In this document: positions 52,194-64,000 of the stretch, piece after piece | Layout of the letters: each line of letters starts with the position of its first letter | How positions within the stretch are numbered: position 1 is the stretch's first letter | Assembly: GCA_002269645.1 (NCBI GenBank) | Contig: NIVC01000462.1 | Span: forward strand, 525,516 to 589,515 | DNA length: 64,000 bases | Origin: Macrostomum lignano | Taxonomy: Eukaryota | Direction of reading: 5' to 3' | Program-made: the position numbers and the translations under genes | The notes under the pieces: model-generated | Databases searched by the model: none | Told to the model about the DNA's origin: nothing | Seen by the model: the letters and a program-made list of their open reading frames with translations, nothing else

Positions 52194-53403
52194 GCTCGAG
52201 CGGTGCTGTGACCGACTGGCTCAGTTGTTGAGCTGAGCATGGACTCAAAGCAAACTTTAACGACCAGTTTTTGATGCGTAATCCTACAGATTTGATCCAA
52301 GCAAAAATAAAAGGCTTAATAACATTAGTGACGCAACTGGCATGACTAAATTCGGTTTATTCTGTTCTGTTCGTGCTTTTAGCCCTACCGGTAGAGCATT
52401 TTTTGTCAGTCAATGTCAGCGATTTCGATACGCTCTGAAAAATAGTTGCACGTGTGCAACTGACTATCTTTTACTAACTCATCCTGTGATCAACCGAAAG
52501 TTGCAGAACATGTGAACTGAGCATCCACCAAGTGCTTGAATGGCTCTCGTTAATGGGGCGTTGGGAAGGAATGTGTATGCGAAGTTTTATTTGGTCCATT
52601 AATATTTCAAAGTCTAATGATGAATTATTTTAATAAAATTCAGACATTCTTCCACCAAACAGGGAACATAGCAACTCAGAGGCCGAAGACGAACAAAGAA
52701 TGAACAGAATTATGAAAGCTTTTACACGAAGTGCTCGAAGTACTGCTTTAGCAGATGATGCATTTCACCTGGGAGACTCCTTGCTACGAGTGTACCTGAA
52801 TTATGCTTCAGTCACAGTGGACTACATAAATTCGCCACATATACTCTCTTAATTCAATTAATATTGGTACGGGCCACCAGTTTTACCATCTGGGTAAACT
52901 AGAGCAATGCGGAGTTTTGTGCCTTGATGTTTAATAAGAACACAAATTGTTCCGATGGGGTCGAGAATCGAACCCCCGAACTTTCAGTTGTGTGTCGTGA
53001 GCACAGTTTAAATTCATAAATACATAAGTCTGGTAAAGGATACACATATAAACTTTATCTCCACAATGTATTATTCTCAGTGCTACAGTATAACAGTAAG
53101 AGAAAATGCGGTAGAGAAATAACTGAATAACCAGGTACCAGCTGCCACTAATTTGCAACAGCATTTCCTCTGACGCTGCTTCATTGGTTTTGGTTGAAAC
53201 AAAACTATACTTTTTGTATTCATCTGTTTGTCATCGAAACACAATGCGGTTTTTCTGCGACTGTGGCTACCCACTGAGTCCCGAGCTTCTAAGGAAGTAG
53301 CTAGGCTAGATATTGCATATAAATCCAAGAAAAAGCAATCAACATGAAGGCAGTCTTGCTCCCGACGTCTCGCATCATAGCAGCTCAAGAGTTTGGCTTT
53401 GTC

Positions 53404-54439
53404 CACAGAATATAGACAGAATGGCCGATCAGCCCTCTCGCAGAAAAATCTGTTACAAAAAGTATTTGCATATTTAGCTACTTTTGTGGTGAAGAAAGAT
53501 AGTAGCCACTTATACTTACGCGTATGCGGCTTGGAAAGGTTCTGCCATAGACGACTGAGACTGCGAGTAGCAGCAGCCGCTGCCACAGAATATACAGTAT
53601 ATTCTGTGGCAGCGGCTGCTGCTACTGACATGAATAAGGCAGTGATTGGTAGCAACGAAGGCATTAAACAGAGACAACTGTAACATGACAGCATCAAGAA
53701 GGCAATGCGCTGCTTATGGCTGCCAGAATTACGCAAACAAATGTCCTGCACAAACGAGATTTCATCGATTCCCAGCAAACCGAGAAAGGTATGTTCATGT
53801 ACATGCGTGACTTTCCTGCTATTGCCCCATAGTCATTCACTGAAACCTAACTACTGTAGGTGTGAAGATTGGGCTCGGCGCATCTTCCGAGCAGACCTCT
53901 TGGGCAAGAAAAACGAAGCGAGGTGGAAGAACGCTGTCGTGTGCAGCCACCATTTTCCCGACAGCATGTACGTGTGTCCTGACCAGAGACATGAGCCTGG
54001 GGTCAGACTGATGCCCACGGCTTACCCGATGCTCCAGCTGTACAAAGAAATAGCAGAACCTTACCGACGCTCGCGTCCGAGAGTAAGAGTTTCTCCACTT
54101 GCGAAGGAGAGAAGGCCGAGAGAAGGTCGCACTGAGGACGATGTGCAGTGTTTTGATGGAAAATGTTTCAAATATGTTTTTTGTTTGAAATAAATGATTG
54201 GGGACAACGTCTACGGTTTTATTCCTATTTAGGCACTGCCAAACCTGTTAATTTTAAATTCTGAAGCAATATATAAGTTTATAGAATCATACGCAGAGTC
54301 TACATATATTATAAATATATATATATGCATATCGAATTTTCATAACTACTGCTCCGCTTCACCACAAAAGTAGTTTGTTTGCATATTAATTTCTAAACAT
54401 CCCGCGACAGCCGATCGGGCATTCTGTCTATGTTCTGTG
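53404..54439 (+). mobile_element. Non-autonomous P-superfamily element, 1036 bp
   Basis: CA...TG termini with about 30-bp imperfect TIRs (CACAGAATATAGACAGAATGGCCGATC). Exact 8-bp TSD GCTTTGTC (53396-53403 and 54440-54447). Internal IR CTACTTTTGTGGTGAAG near 53478 and 54357. Confidence 0.9.
53685..54193 (+). CDS. THAP-domain-only protein (truncated transposase); exons 53685-53788 and 53860-54193
   Basis: Spliced product MTASRRQCAAYGCQNYANKCPAQTRFHRFPANRERCEDWARRIFRADL...VVCSHHF...RLMPTAYP has the C2CH THAP signature. AG/GTATGT donor, TGTAG acceptor. The true start and exon 1 are not in the ORF track. Confidence 0.82.
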
Positions 54440-54491
54440 GCTTTGTCTGTGAGTTCAGGCAAATTAGCTAGCTCGCGTTTTAAGAAGCTCA

Positions 54492-55700
54492 CTAGCAATC
54501 TGCCCCTCTCCCCGTTCGGAAGGCAACAAGAGAAATAAAAAAACATCTGGATAAACTACATTACCATTTTTCCATCTGCGTTCACCATTGTTATTCTCTC
54601 AGGAAAATGACGTTTAAAGGAAAAAATCATCCACCCGGAACGCCAACTGTCTGGCCTAGAATATCAGATGTTCCAGGAGCTTTGGCTCTAAGCATGTGAA
54701 TAACTCCAATGAGCCAACGCATTTCAGAAATTCCCCCTGTTAGCCTTGACATCCTAGCTATTTTCCCCATGTGTCTTTTACGGTCGAAAGGGCGATTCTT
54801 ATTTGGTTGACATGTCGCTTCTTTTCTGTTAGACCATGTCGCTTCTTTTCTGTTTCACCATGTTGCTACTTTTATGTTTGACCATGTCGCTTCTTTTATG
54901 TTTGACCATGTCGCTTCTTTTATGTTTGACCATGTCGCTTCTTTTATGTTTGACCATGTCGCTTCTTTTATGTTTGACCATGTCGCTTCTTTTCTGTTTC
55001 ACCATGTTGCTACTTTTATGTTTGACCATGTCGCTTCTTTTATGTTTGACCATGTCGCTTCTTTTATGTTTGACCATGTCGCTTCTTTTATGTTTGACCA
55101 TGTCGCTTCTTTTATGTTTGACCATGTCGCTTCTTTTATGTTTGACCATGTCGCTTCTTTTATGATTGACCATGTCGCTTCTTTTCTGTTTCACCATGTT
55201 GCTACTTTTATGTTTGACCACGTCGCTTCTTTTATGTTTGACCATGTCGCTTCTTTTATGTTTGACCATGTCGCTTCTTTTATGTTTGACCATGTCGCTT
55301 CTTTTATGTTTGACCACGTCGCTTCTTTTATGTTTCACCCTGTCGCTTCTTTTATGTTTGACCATGTCGCTTCTTTTCTGTTTCACCATGTTGCTACTTT
55401 TATGTTTGACCACGTCGCTTCTTTTATGTTTGACCATGTCGCTTCTTTTATGTTTGACCATGTCGCTTCTTTTATGTTTGACCATGTCGCTTCTTTTATG
55501 TTTGACCATGTTGCTTCTTTTACGTTTGACCACGTCGCTTTTTTATGTTTGAGAAGCGCTTTTATGTGACTCAGCAGCCGCTGAAGAATTGTTCTGCCAA
55601 ATTTCATATACTAGCTAGTTTATTAACTGATCGGAATGTAGAGAACTGTAAATCATCATAACGCACTACTTTGAAGTAATATTCTAATAAAATCTATTTA
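54492..55700 (-). mobile_element. H4: diverged Helitron-like element of the same family
   Basis: CTAGCAATCT...CCCCGTT.GG.AG.CA at 54492 resembles the 3' end at 57221. AGCCTTGACATC sub-repeat near 54745. The 5' boundary is uncertain. Confidence 0.55.
54805..55555. repeat. 24-bp minisatellite (TTTGACCATGTCGCTTCTTTTATG), about 30 copies with a recurring variant unit
   Basis: Read directly from the sequence. Produces the spurious MVKHKRSD repeat ORF. Confidence 0.96.
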
Positions 55701-56483
55701 AACAGAAGTGACTCAGAGCCCTACGGTAGGACCAACGTTTTTTGATCAATCAAACATACGCGACCTAAGTAAATAACGGGGTTTAAATCAGTTTTCCACC
55801 AAAATTTTACTATAGATGTAGGAGAAAATCCGAGTAAAAAAACTTCAGACTCAGAGCGGTCTCAAGCAATACCTTGTAATATGTTAACTAAGAAGATCCA
55901 TATCTCCGAGAGAAGAAATCCGGACAGATTGGTAAGCGTTTCCCGATTTAGTTCTTTGCTATAGCACAAATAAGTTGATAAATTGAGTTTATGAGAGCCA
56001 CTTATTGTCGACACATTTGAGAAAGGCCTCCTTGTTTCCTAGGATACATTCCTAGAGGATTTATTGATTTGAATTGAGTTATCCGTTGCGTTTCGGATGT
56101 AACGAAGAAGATGCCCTTCAGGAGGACTTGTTACAGATACGAAAATAATTCAATTGTTCATAAGGGCGTCACGTTCTATTGTGAATTCCGAGCTCGAGGA
56201 CCGTCAAGAATTGTGATTCGCTCTCGTTTTGGTCGACCCACAGATAAAGTTAAGGACTCCAGAAGACAACAGCTGTTCACAGGAACCAGCTGCCGCCACC
56301 GCTCAGCAAAGCGAGCCAGCCCTACAAACAACAGGACTCCGCCGAATACCGACCGCAAGAGGATCCGCTACAGTAAGAGTTATTCGATTTCGTATATACC
56401 TAGGCATTTGTTCCCCTGTGTAAAAGTGGGAGATATTGAGTGACTGATCACCACTCAATATAAACTCTTCAACTGGTGATCTC

Positions 56484-56893
56484 GCCCAGGCCTAACTCAG
56501 GCTCGATCCCAGGCCTAACTCAGGCTCGATCCCAGGCCTAACTCAGGCTCGATCCCAGGCCTAACTCAGGCTCGATCCCAGGCCTAACTCAGGCTCGATC
56601 CCAGGCCTAACTCAGGCTCGATCCCAGGCCTAACTCAGGCTCGATCCCAGGCCTAACTCAGGCTCGATCCCAGGCCTAACTCAAGCTCGATCCCAGGCCT
56701 AACTCAGGCTCGATCCAAGGCCTAACTCAGGCTTGATCCCAGGCCTAACTCAGGCTCGATCCCAGGCCTAACTCAGGCTCGATCCCAGGCCTAACTCAGG
56801 CTCGATCCCAGGCCTAACTCAAGCTCGATCCCAGGCCTAACTCAGGCTCGATCCCAGGCCTAACTCAGGCTCGATCCCAGGCCTAACTCAGGC
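56484..56893. repeat. 23-bp minisatellite (CCTAACTCAGGCTCGATCCCAGG), about 18 copies
   Basis: Read directly from the sequence; very homogeneous. Confidence 0.96.
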
Positions 56894-57220
56894 ACGTCAG
56901 GCTAAATCATTCCAGACCAGGCGAGACTGCTAAAAACACCTGGACACAAAATAAAATTTATGCATTGCGTAACCCTGCTGAATTTTTCGTGCCGGCCTAC
57001 CATTGTTTGCATATAAACCCTATGATTCACCGCACAACTCAGCTGTTCAATTTTGTGAAGATCTCATTATTTCAATCACCCCCTTTCTCTTTGATAAAGT
57101 CGTTATATAGAAAATTTTCCCCTCGCCTTTTTCGCTTCCTCCTGAGTAAATAACAGCCGCGCCCGCACACACACACACAACACACACCCCCACCCATTGC
57201 TCACCACTTTGAGAGGTCAA

Positions 57221-60200
57221 CTAGCAATCTACGCCCCCGTTGGGGAGCCAAAGAAATGCAATACACGTTTTTTTAATAAGCTACATGTATCCTTGAAATC
57301 TTAAAAAATCTCCTGTCAAACCTTGTAAGCCTGGACATGTCAGTAATTCCCCCCCCCACAAGCTTTAACATATCAACTTCCCCCCTTGACATCTCAGCAA
57401 TGCCCCAATAAGCCTTGGAAATCTAAAAATATCTGTCAACCTTCTAACCCTAACCCTAGCCTAACCCTAACCCTAACCCTAACCCTAACCTAACCCTAAA
57501 ACATTGAAATTTCAGTAATTCTGAGTCATTATAGCACTACTACAGCATTATAGCGATTCCCTGCAAGCCTCGACATCGTAGGGATTCCCAAATGAATCTC
57601 TTAACTTCGACATGAAGCTTCTTTTATTTTTTACATTACGCTTTTTCTATCAGCGATCCCTCCCCTGAGGAGGCATCAAATAATGTAATAAAAAGTTTTC
57701 AATAAACTACATGTAGCTTCTGACTTTAGCCTTGAAATCTCATTTATACCCCGTGAGCCTTGACATCTCAGCTATTCCCCCGTAAGCCTTAACATGTCAG
57801 CGATGGCCCCCAAAAACCTTGAAATCTAAAAAATCCCCTGTTATTCTGTTAACCTTGAAACCCGATAAAATATAACCCTCAACCCACACCTGACCTAAAC
57901 CTAACTTTAACCCAACCTAAAGCCTTGAAATCTCAGCAATTCTTCTCCCCTAAGCCTTGACATTTTAGTGATTCCTTCTTTAAGAATCAAGCACTATAAC
58001 GATTTCCACCAAGCTTTGACATTGTAGCAATTCCCAAATGAATATTTTAACTTCGACATGACTTTTCTTTTATGTATACGTAGTGCTACTTTTATTTTTT
58101 ACATGACTCTTCTTCTATCAGCACCCCCGTGGCGAGCCAACAAAGAATGCAATAAAAAAATTGAGTAAAGTACATGAACTTTGAAGTAGCTTCTGACTTT
58201 TGCTTTGACATCTCAGAAACCCCCCCCACCTGTAATCTCAGTTATTCTCTGTGAGCCTTGACGTCTCAGTAATTCTCCCCAGCACAGCACTGTACTATAG
58301 CTTCATTCAATTTTTATATGACACCTTTAATGTCTGACATGACGCTTCTTTGGATTTTTACATGACGCTTCTATGATTGTTTACATGACGCTTCTATGAT
58401 TTTAACATGACGCTTCTATGGTTTTTTAAATGACGCTTCTACGATTTTTTACATGACGCTTCTATGATTGTTTACATGACGCTTCTATGACTTTTTTACA
58501 TGACGCTTCTATGATTTTTTACATGACGCTTCTATGATTTTTTAAATGACGCTTCTATGATTTTTATATGACGCTTCTACGATTGTTTACATGACGCTTC
58601 TATGATTTTTTACATGACGCTTCTATGATTTTTTAAATGACGCTTCTATGATTTTTATATGACGCTTCTACGATTTTTTACATGACGCTTCTATGATTGT
58701 TTACATGACGCTTCTATGATTGTTTACATGACGCTTTTATGATTTTTAAATGACGCTTCTATGATTGTTTACATGACGCTTCTATGATTTTTTACATGAC
58801 GCTTCTACGATTGTTTACATGACGCTTCTATGATTGTTTACATGACGCTTCTATGATTTTTTACATGACGCTTCAATGATTGTTTACATGACGCTTCTAT
58901 GATTTTTATATGACGCTTCTACGATTTTTTACATGACGCTTCTATGATTTTTTACATGACGCTTCTATGATTGTTTACATGACGCTTCTATGATTGTTTA
59001 CATGACGCTTTATGATTTTTTAAATGACGCTTCTATGATTGTTTACATGACGCTTCTATGATTTTTTACATGACGCTTCTACGATTTTTTACATGACGCT
59101 TCTATGATTTTTTACATGACGCTTCTTTGATTTTTACATGACGCTTCTATGATTGTTTACATGACGCTTCTATGATTGTTTACATGACGCTTCTATGGTT
59201 TTTTAATGACGCTTCTATGATTTTTATATGACGCTTCTACGATTGTTTACATGACGCTTCTATGATTGTTTACATGACGCTTCTATGTTTTTTAAATGAC
59301 GCTTTTATGATTTTTTAAATGACGCTTCTATGATTTTTATATGACGCTTCTAAGATTTTTTACATGACGCTTCTATGATTTTTTACATGACGCTTCTATG
59401 ATTTTTTACATGACGCTTCTACGATTCTTTACATGACGCTTCTACGATTCTTTACATGACGCTTCTATGATTGTTTACATGACGCTTCTATGATTGTTTA
59501 CATGACGCTTCTATGATTGTTTACATGACGCTTTTATGATTTTTTAAATGCCGCTTCTATGATTGTTTACATGACGCTTCTATGAGTTTTTACATGACGC
59601 TTCTATGATTTTTTAAATGACGCTTCTATGATTGTTTACGTGACGCTTCTATGATTTTTATATAACGCTTCTACGATTGTTTACATGACGCTTCTATGAT
59701 TGTTTACATGACGCTTCTATGGTTTTTTAAATGACGCTTCTATGATTTTTATATGACGCTTCTATGATTTTTATATGACGCTTCTACGATTTTTTACATG
59801 ACGCTTCTATGATTTTTTACATGACGCTTCTACGATTCTTTACATGACGCTTCTACGATTCTTTACATGACGCTTCTATGATTGTTTACATGACGCTTCT
59901 ATGATTGTTTACATGACGCTTCTATGATTGTTTACATGACGCTTCTACGATTTTTTACATGACGCTTCTATGATTGTTTACATGACGCTTCTATGACTTT
60001 TTACATGACGCTTCTATGATTTTTTACATGACGCTTCTATGATTGTTTACATGACGCTTCTATGATTTTTATATGACGCTTCTACGATTTTTTACATGAC
60101 GCTTCTATGATTTTTTACATGACGCTTCTATGATTTTTTAAATGACGCTTCTATGATTTTTATATGACGCTTCTACGATTCTTTACATGACGCTTCTATG

Positions 60201-61582
60201 ATTTTTTAAATGACGCTTCTATGATTTTTATATGACGCTTCTACGATTGTTTACATGACGCTTCTATGATTGTTTACATGAAGCTTCTTTGGATTTTTAC
60301 ATGACGCTTCTATGGTTTTTTAAATGACGCTTCTATGATTTTTATATGACGCTTCAACGATTGTTTACATGACGCTTCTATGATTGTTTACATGACGCTT
60401 CTATGGTTTTTTAAATGACGCTTCTATGATTTTTATATGACGCTTCTATGATTTTTATATGACGCTTCTACGATTTTTTACATGACGCTTCTATGATTTT
60501 TTACATGACGCTTCTATGATTTTTTACATGACGCTTCTACGATTCTTTACATGACGCTTCTACGATTCTTTACATGACGCTTCTATGATTGTTTACATGA
60601 CGCTTCTATTATTGTTTACATGACGCTTCTATGATTGTTTACATGACGCTTCTACGATTTTTTACATGACGCTTCTATGATTGTTTACATGACGCTTCTA
60701 TGACTTTTTACATGACGCTTCTATGATTTTTTACATGACGCTTCTATGATTGTTTACATGACGCTTCTATGATTTTTATATGACGCTTCTACGATTTTTT
60801 ACATGACACTTCTATGATTTTTTACATGACGCTTCTATGAATTTTTAAATGACGCTTCTATGATTTTTATATGACGCTTCTACGATTTTTTACATGACGC
60901 TTCTATGATTTTTTACATGACGCTTCTATGATTTTTTATATGACGCTTCTATGATTTTTTTACATGACGCTTCTTTTTAAAAAGTCTTTTAGTTTTCCTG
61001 ACGTTGAAAAGCTTTAATAAAAAAAATTATACTCTATGAAAATTCGAACCATCGTCGCTGCATTTAGCAGTTCAGTTTGTTTACCTCTAGGCTAGCTCTC
61101 ATCAAATTTTGCACTTATATAATTCAACAGTTTAAAATCCAAGCATAGAGTAAATCACACGAAGCAGTTATGACATAATCAGTTTCTCAGTCAGTCAGTA
61201 TCAGTTAACAATATGGTTACGCAATTTAAATCAAGTCTGGTGCTACGCTTCCTCACTGCATTTTCAATTCAAGTCGGAGTTACAATTCAGTTATGATGCA
61301 ATCTATTTCAGAATCAGAATTCAACCAGTCAGTTTTTTCTCTAGCATTCTTACAATGCATTTCAAGTCGAAAAGTTTGCTTGACCTTTGCAAAAAAGCAT
61401 GTTTTTCGAATATTTAATGCCTTTAGCATCGAGCAATTTCTTAGCCACGATGCATGTACCGTCACGGGAAAATTTCTAATCGAACAGTGCAAGTTCTAAC
61501 AAAATCGGTCCAGCCATTTTTTCTCTAATCGATCACATAGATAGATAGATAGACACAGACAGACCATTTTTAGTATATAGGA
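57221..61582 (-). mobile_element. H2: non-autonomous Helitron-like element, inverted relative of H1
   Basis: Minus-strand 5' TCCTATATACTAAAAATGG at 61582. 3' hairpin plus CTAG at 57224-57221, followed by T. Satellite at about 58335-60975 and a telomeric tract. Confidence 0.82.
58335..60975. repeat. 21-22-bp minisatellite, reverse complement of the H1 array, about 2.6 kb
   Basis: (TTTTTTACATGACGCTTCTATGA)n. Confidence 0.97.
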
Positions 61583-64000
61583 CTAGCAATCTAGTGCGGC
61601 CCCCCTTCGGGGCGCCCAATAAGAAAGGAGCAAAAATAGTTCATGGAAAACAATAAAAAAACACATTTTCTTAAACACTAATTCCTTCTTCACATTTTAA
61701 AAATCACCTTATTCGTGTAAAATTGTCACGGACTAAGATGTTTGCAAAATTAAAAAATCACTTTTTCTCTAAAATTAACAAACAGTCAACAAAATATCGT
61801 TTCCCTAAATAGAAAATATTCCCAAGATAGCAAGCAACCCCCTCCAAAAGTGAACAATCGCAGATACTGTAGCAAGCATCCTCTAATGCTCATAGCAAGA
61901 ATCACCACAGATAGCAAGCATCTGCAGATTAGCAAGCACCCCCAGATATTATAGAAGCATCCACCCAGATAGCAAGCATCCACCCAGATAGCAAGCATTC
62001 TATAGATAGCAAGCACCCCCCAGATATTATAGAAGTATCCTGCAGATAGCAAGCACCCCCAGATATTATAGAAGCATCCACCTAGATAGCAAGCATCCTG
62101 CAGATAGCAAGAATCCCTAAATAGCAAGCATCCCTGGATAGAAAGAATCCCATGCATGTAGCCAGTACCCCTCTCCCAAATAGCAAGTATCCCCCTCAAG
62201 AGCAAGCATCCACGAGACAGCAAGTAGCTAGTGCAAATGTTACTTCCGCTAATGCAATAATCGCTTTCTCAGGTTGTGCAACAATCCACGTCTCAGCGAG
62301 CGCAATAATCTCTTTTTTAGACAGCGCAGTAATCAGCTTCTCAGCTAGTGCAATAATCCTTGGTTTATTAATAGCAATAATCCTTGATTAATCAAGTGCA
62401 ATAATCCTTGGTTTATCAAGTGCAATAATCCTTGGTTTATCAAGTGCAGTAATCTTTGGCTTATCAAGTGCAATAATCCTTGGTTTATCAAGTGCAATAA
62501 TCCTTTGTTTATCAAGTGCAATAATCCTTGGTTTATCAAGTGCAATAGTCCTTTGTTTATCGAGTGCAGTAATCCTTAGTTTTCCAAGTGCAGTAATCCT
62601 TGGTTTATTAAGAGCAATAATCCTTGGCTTATCGAGTGCAGTAATCCTTGGTTTGCCAAGAGCAATAATCCTTGGTTTATCGAGTGCAGTAATCCTTAGT
62701 TTTCCAAGTGCAGTAATCCTTGGTTTATTAAGAGCAATAATCCTTGGCTTATCGAGTGCAGTAGTCCTTGGTTTATTAATAGCAATAATCCTTGAATAAT
62801 CCAGTGCATTAATCCTTGGCTTATCAAGTGCAACATTCTTTACTATCAAGTGCAATAATCCATGGCTTATCAAGCGCTGTAATCCTTGGCTTATCAAGTG
62901 CAATAATCCTTGGTTTATCAAGTGCAATAATCCTTTGTTTATCAAGTGCAATAATCCTTGGTTTATCAAGCGCAGTAATCCTTGGCTTATCAAGTGCAGT
63001 AATCCTTGGTTTATCAAGTGCAATAATCCTTGGTGTATCAAGCGCAGTAATCCTTGGCTTATCAAGTGCAGTAATCCTTGGTTTATCAAGTGCAATAATC
63101 CTTGGTTTATCAAGCGCAGTAATCTTTGGCCTATCAAGTGCAATAATCCTTGGTTTATCAAGTGCAGTAATCCTTGGCCTATCAAGTGCAATATTCCTTG
63201 GTTTATCAAGTGCAATAGTCCTTGGTTTATCGAGTGCAGTAATCCTTGGTTTTCCAAGTGCAATAATCCTTGGCTTCTTGAGTGCAGTAATCCTTGGTTT
63301 GCCAAGAGCAATAGTCCTTGGTTTATCAAGTGCAGTAGTCCTTGGTTTATTAATAGCAATAATCCTTGGCTTATCGAGTGCAGTAATCTAAGTGTTTTTA
63401 TTTAGTCCTTTAATAAAACCTTTTAATAAAAAATTTTACACTACTACTTTTAAACTACTTAGATTCGAACCTAGGTCGCTGCATTAGCAGTCTGGTCTGT
63501 TCAGCTCTAGGCTAGCTCTCATCGAAGTTATCAGTGAATTTGTACCACTTATATAATTCAACACTCACACCAAGTCAGGTAGAGTAAAAAGTCTCACGAA
63601 GCAGTTATGACATAATCAATTTCTTAGGCAAGTCAGTACCAGTGTCTATGAAAGTTTACAATATGGTTACGTAATATAAATTCAGTACTGCGCTATGCTT
63701 TCACACTCAAAGCTGTGACGCAATTCAATTGAGTGTCAAATTCAGCCAGTACACAGACGATAAATAAAGTGTATTGTGATGCAATCTATTTCAGAATCAG
63801 AATTCAACCAGTCAGTTTTTCTGCTAGCATTCTTACGATGCATTTCAAGTCGAAAGAGCTGCTTGACCTTTGCAAAAAAGCATGTTTTTCGAATATTTAA
63901 TCCCTTTAGCATCAAGCAATTTCTTAGCCACGATGCATGTACTGTCACGGGAAAATTTCTGATCGAACAGTGCAAGTTCGAAGAAAATCGGTTGAGCCGT
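61583..64000 (-). mobile_element. H3: Helitron-like element joined head-to-tail to H2; its 5' end runs off the window
   Basis: Minus-strand hairpin GCCCCGAAGGGGGC, then ATTGCTAG ending at 61583. 63420-64000 is homologous to the 5' regions of H1 and H2. The internal arrays differ from H1/H2. Confidence 0.78.
62340..63390. repeat. 24-bp minisatellite (TTATCAAGTGCAATAATCCTTGGT) in H3; a second GATAGCAAGCA-rich array lies at about 61820-62230
   Basis: Read directly from the sequence. Produces the LLHLINQG and SSAIILGL repeat ORFs. Confidence 0.95.

Noticed and set aside
52950-53010. tRNA gene
   Set aside because: Only a B-box-like GTTCGATTC on the minus strand; no cloverleaf can be built.
54829-63405. 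Long repetitive ORFs (MVKHKRSD, LLHLINQG, SSAIILGL; also those at 937, 25299 and 45613-46023)
   Set aside because: They are translations of stop-free micro- or minisatellites, open in several frames at once.

Overview
This is a gene-poor, repeat-dense animal (eukaryotic) genomic window. It has GT-AG introns, TTAGGG tracts and long microsatellites; a free-living flatworm such as Macrostomum would fit, but that is only my inference. The backbone is an array of 11 two-exon genes (labelled G0-G10) on both strands. They encode about 210-aa proteins with a signal peptide, a WSC domain and a 4-Cys PAN/apple-like domain. About half carry lesions, and one three-gene block is duplicated about 25 kb away with patchy identity. 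Between the genes are an intact P-element-superfamily (THAP) transposon and a small non-autonomous P-type element with an 8-bp TSD. There are also at least four non-autonomous Helitron-like elements carrying minisatellite cassettes (three different arrays), a very young non-autonomous LTR element, and Tc1, LINE and SINE remnants. The least explained structure is a 6.8-kb near-perfect non-coding palindrome (14029-20845). Its centre, and the far end of its untruncated unit (about 21700), both carry branched CCGAT...ATCGG hairpins. All comparisons were made by eye, with no alignments or database searches, so difference counts and repeat boundaries are approximate.
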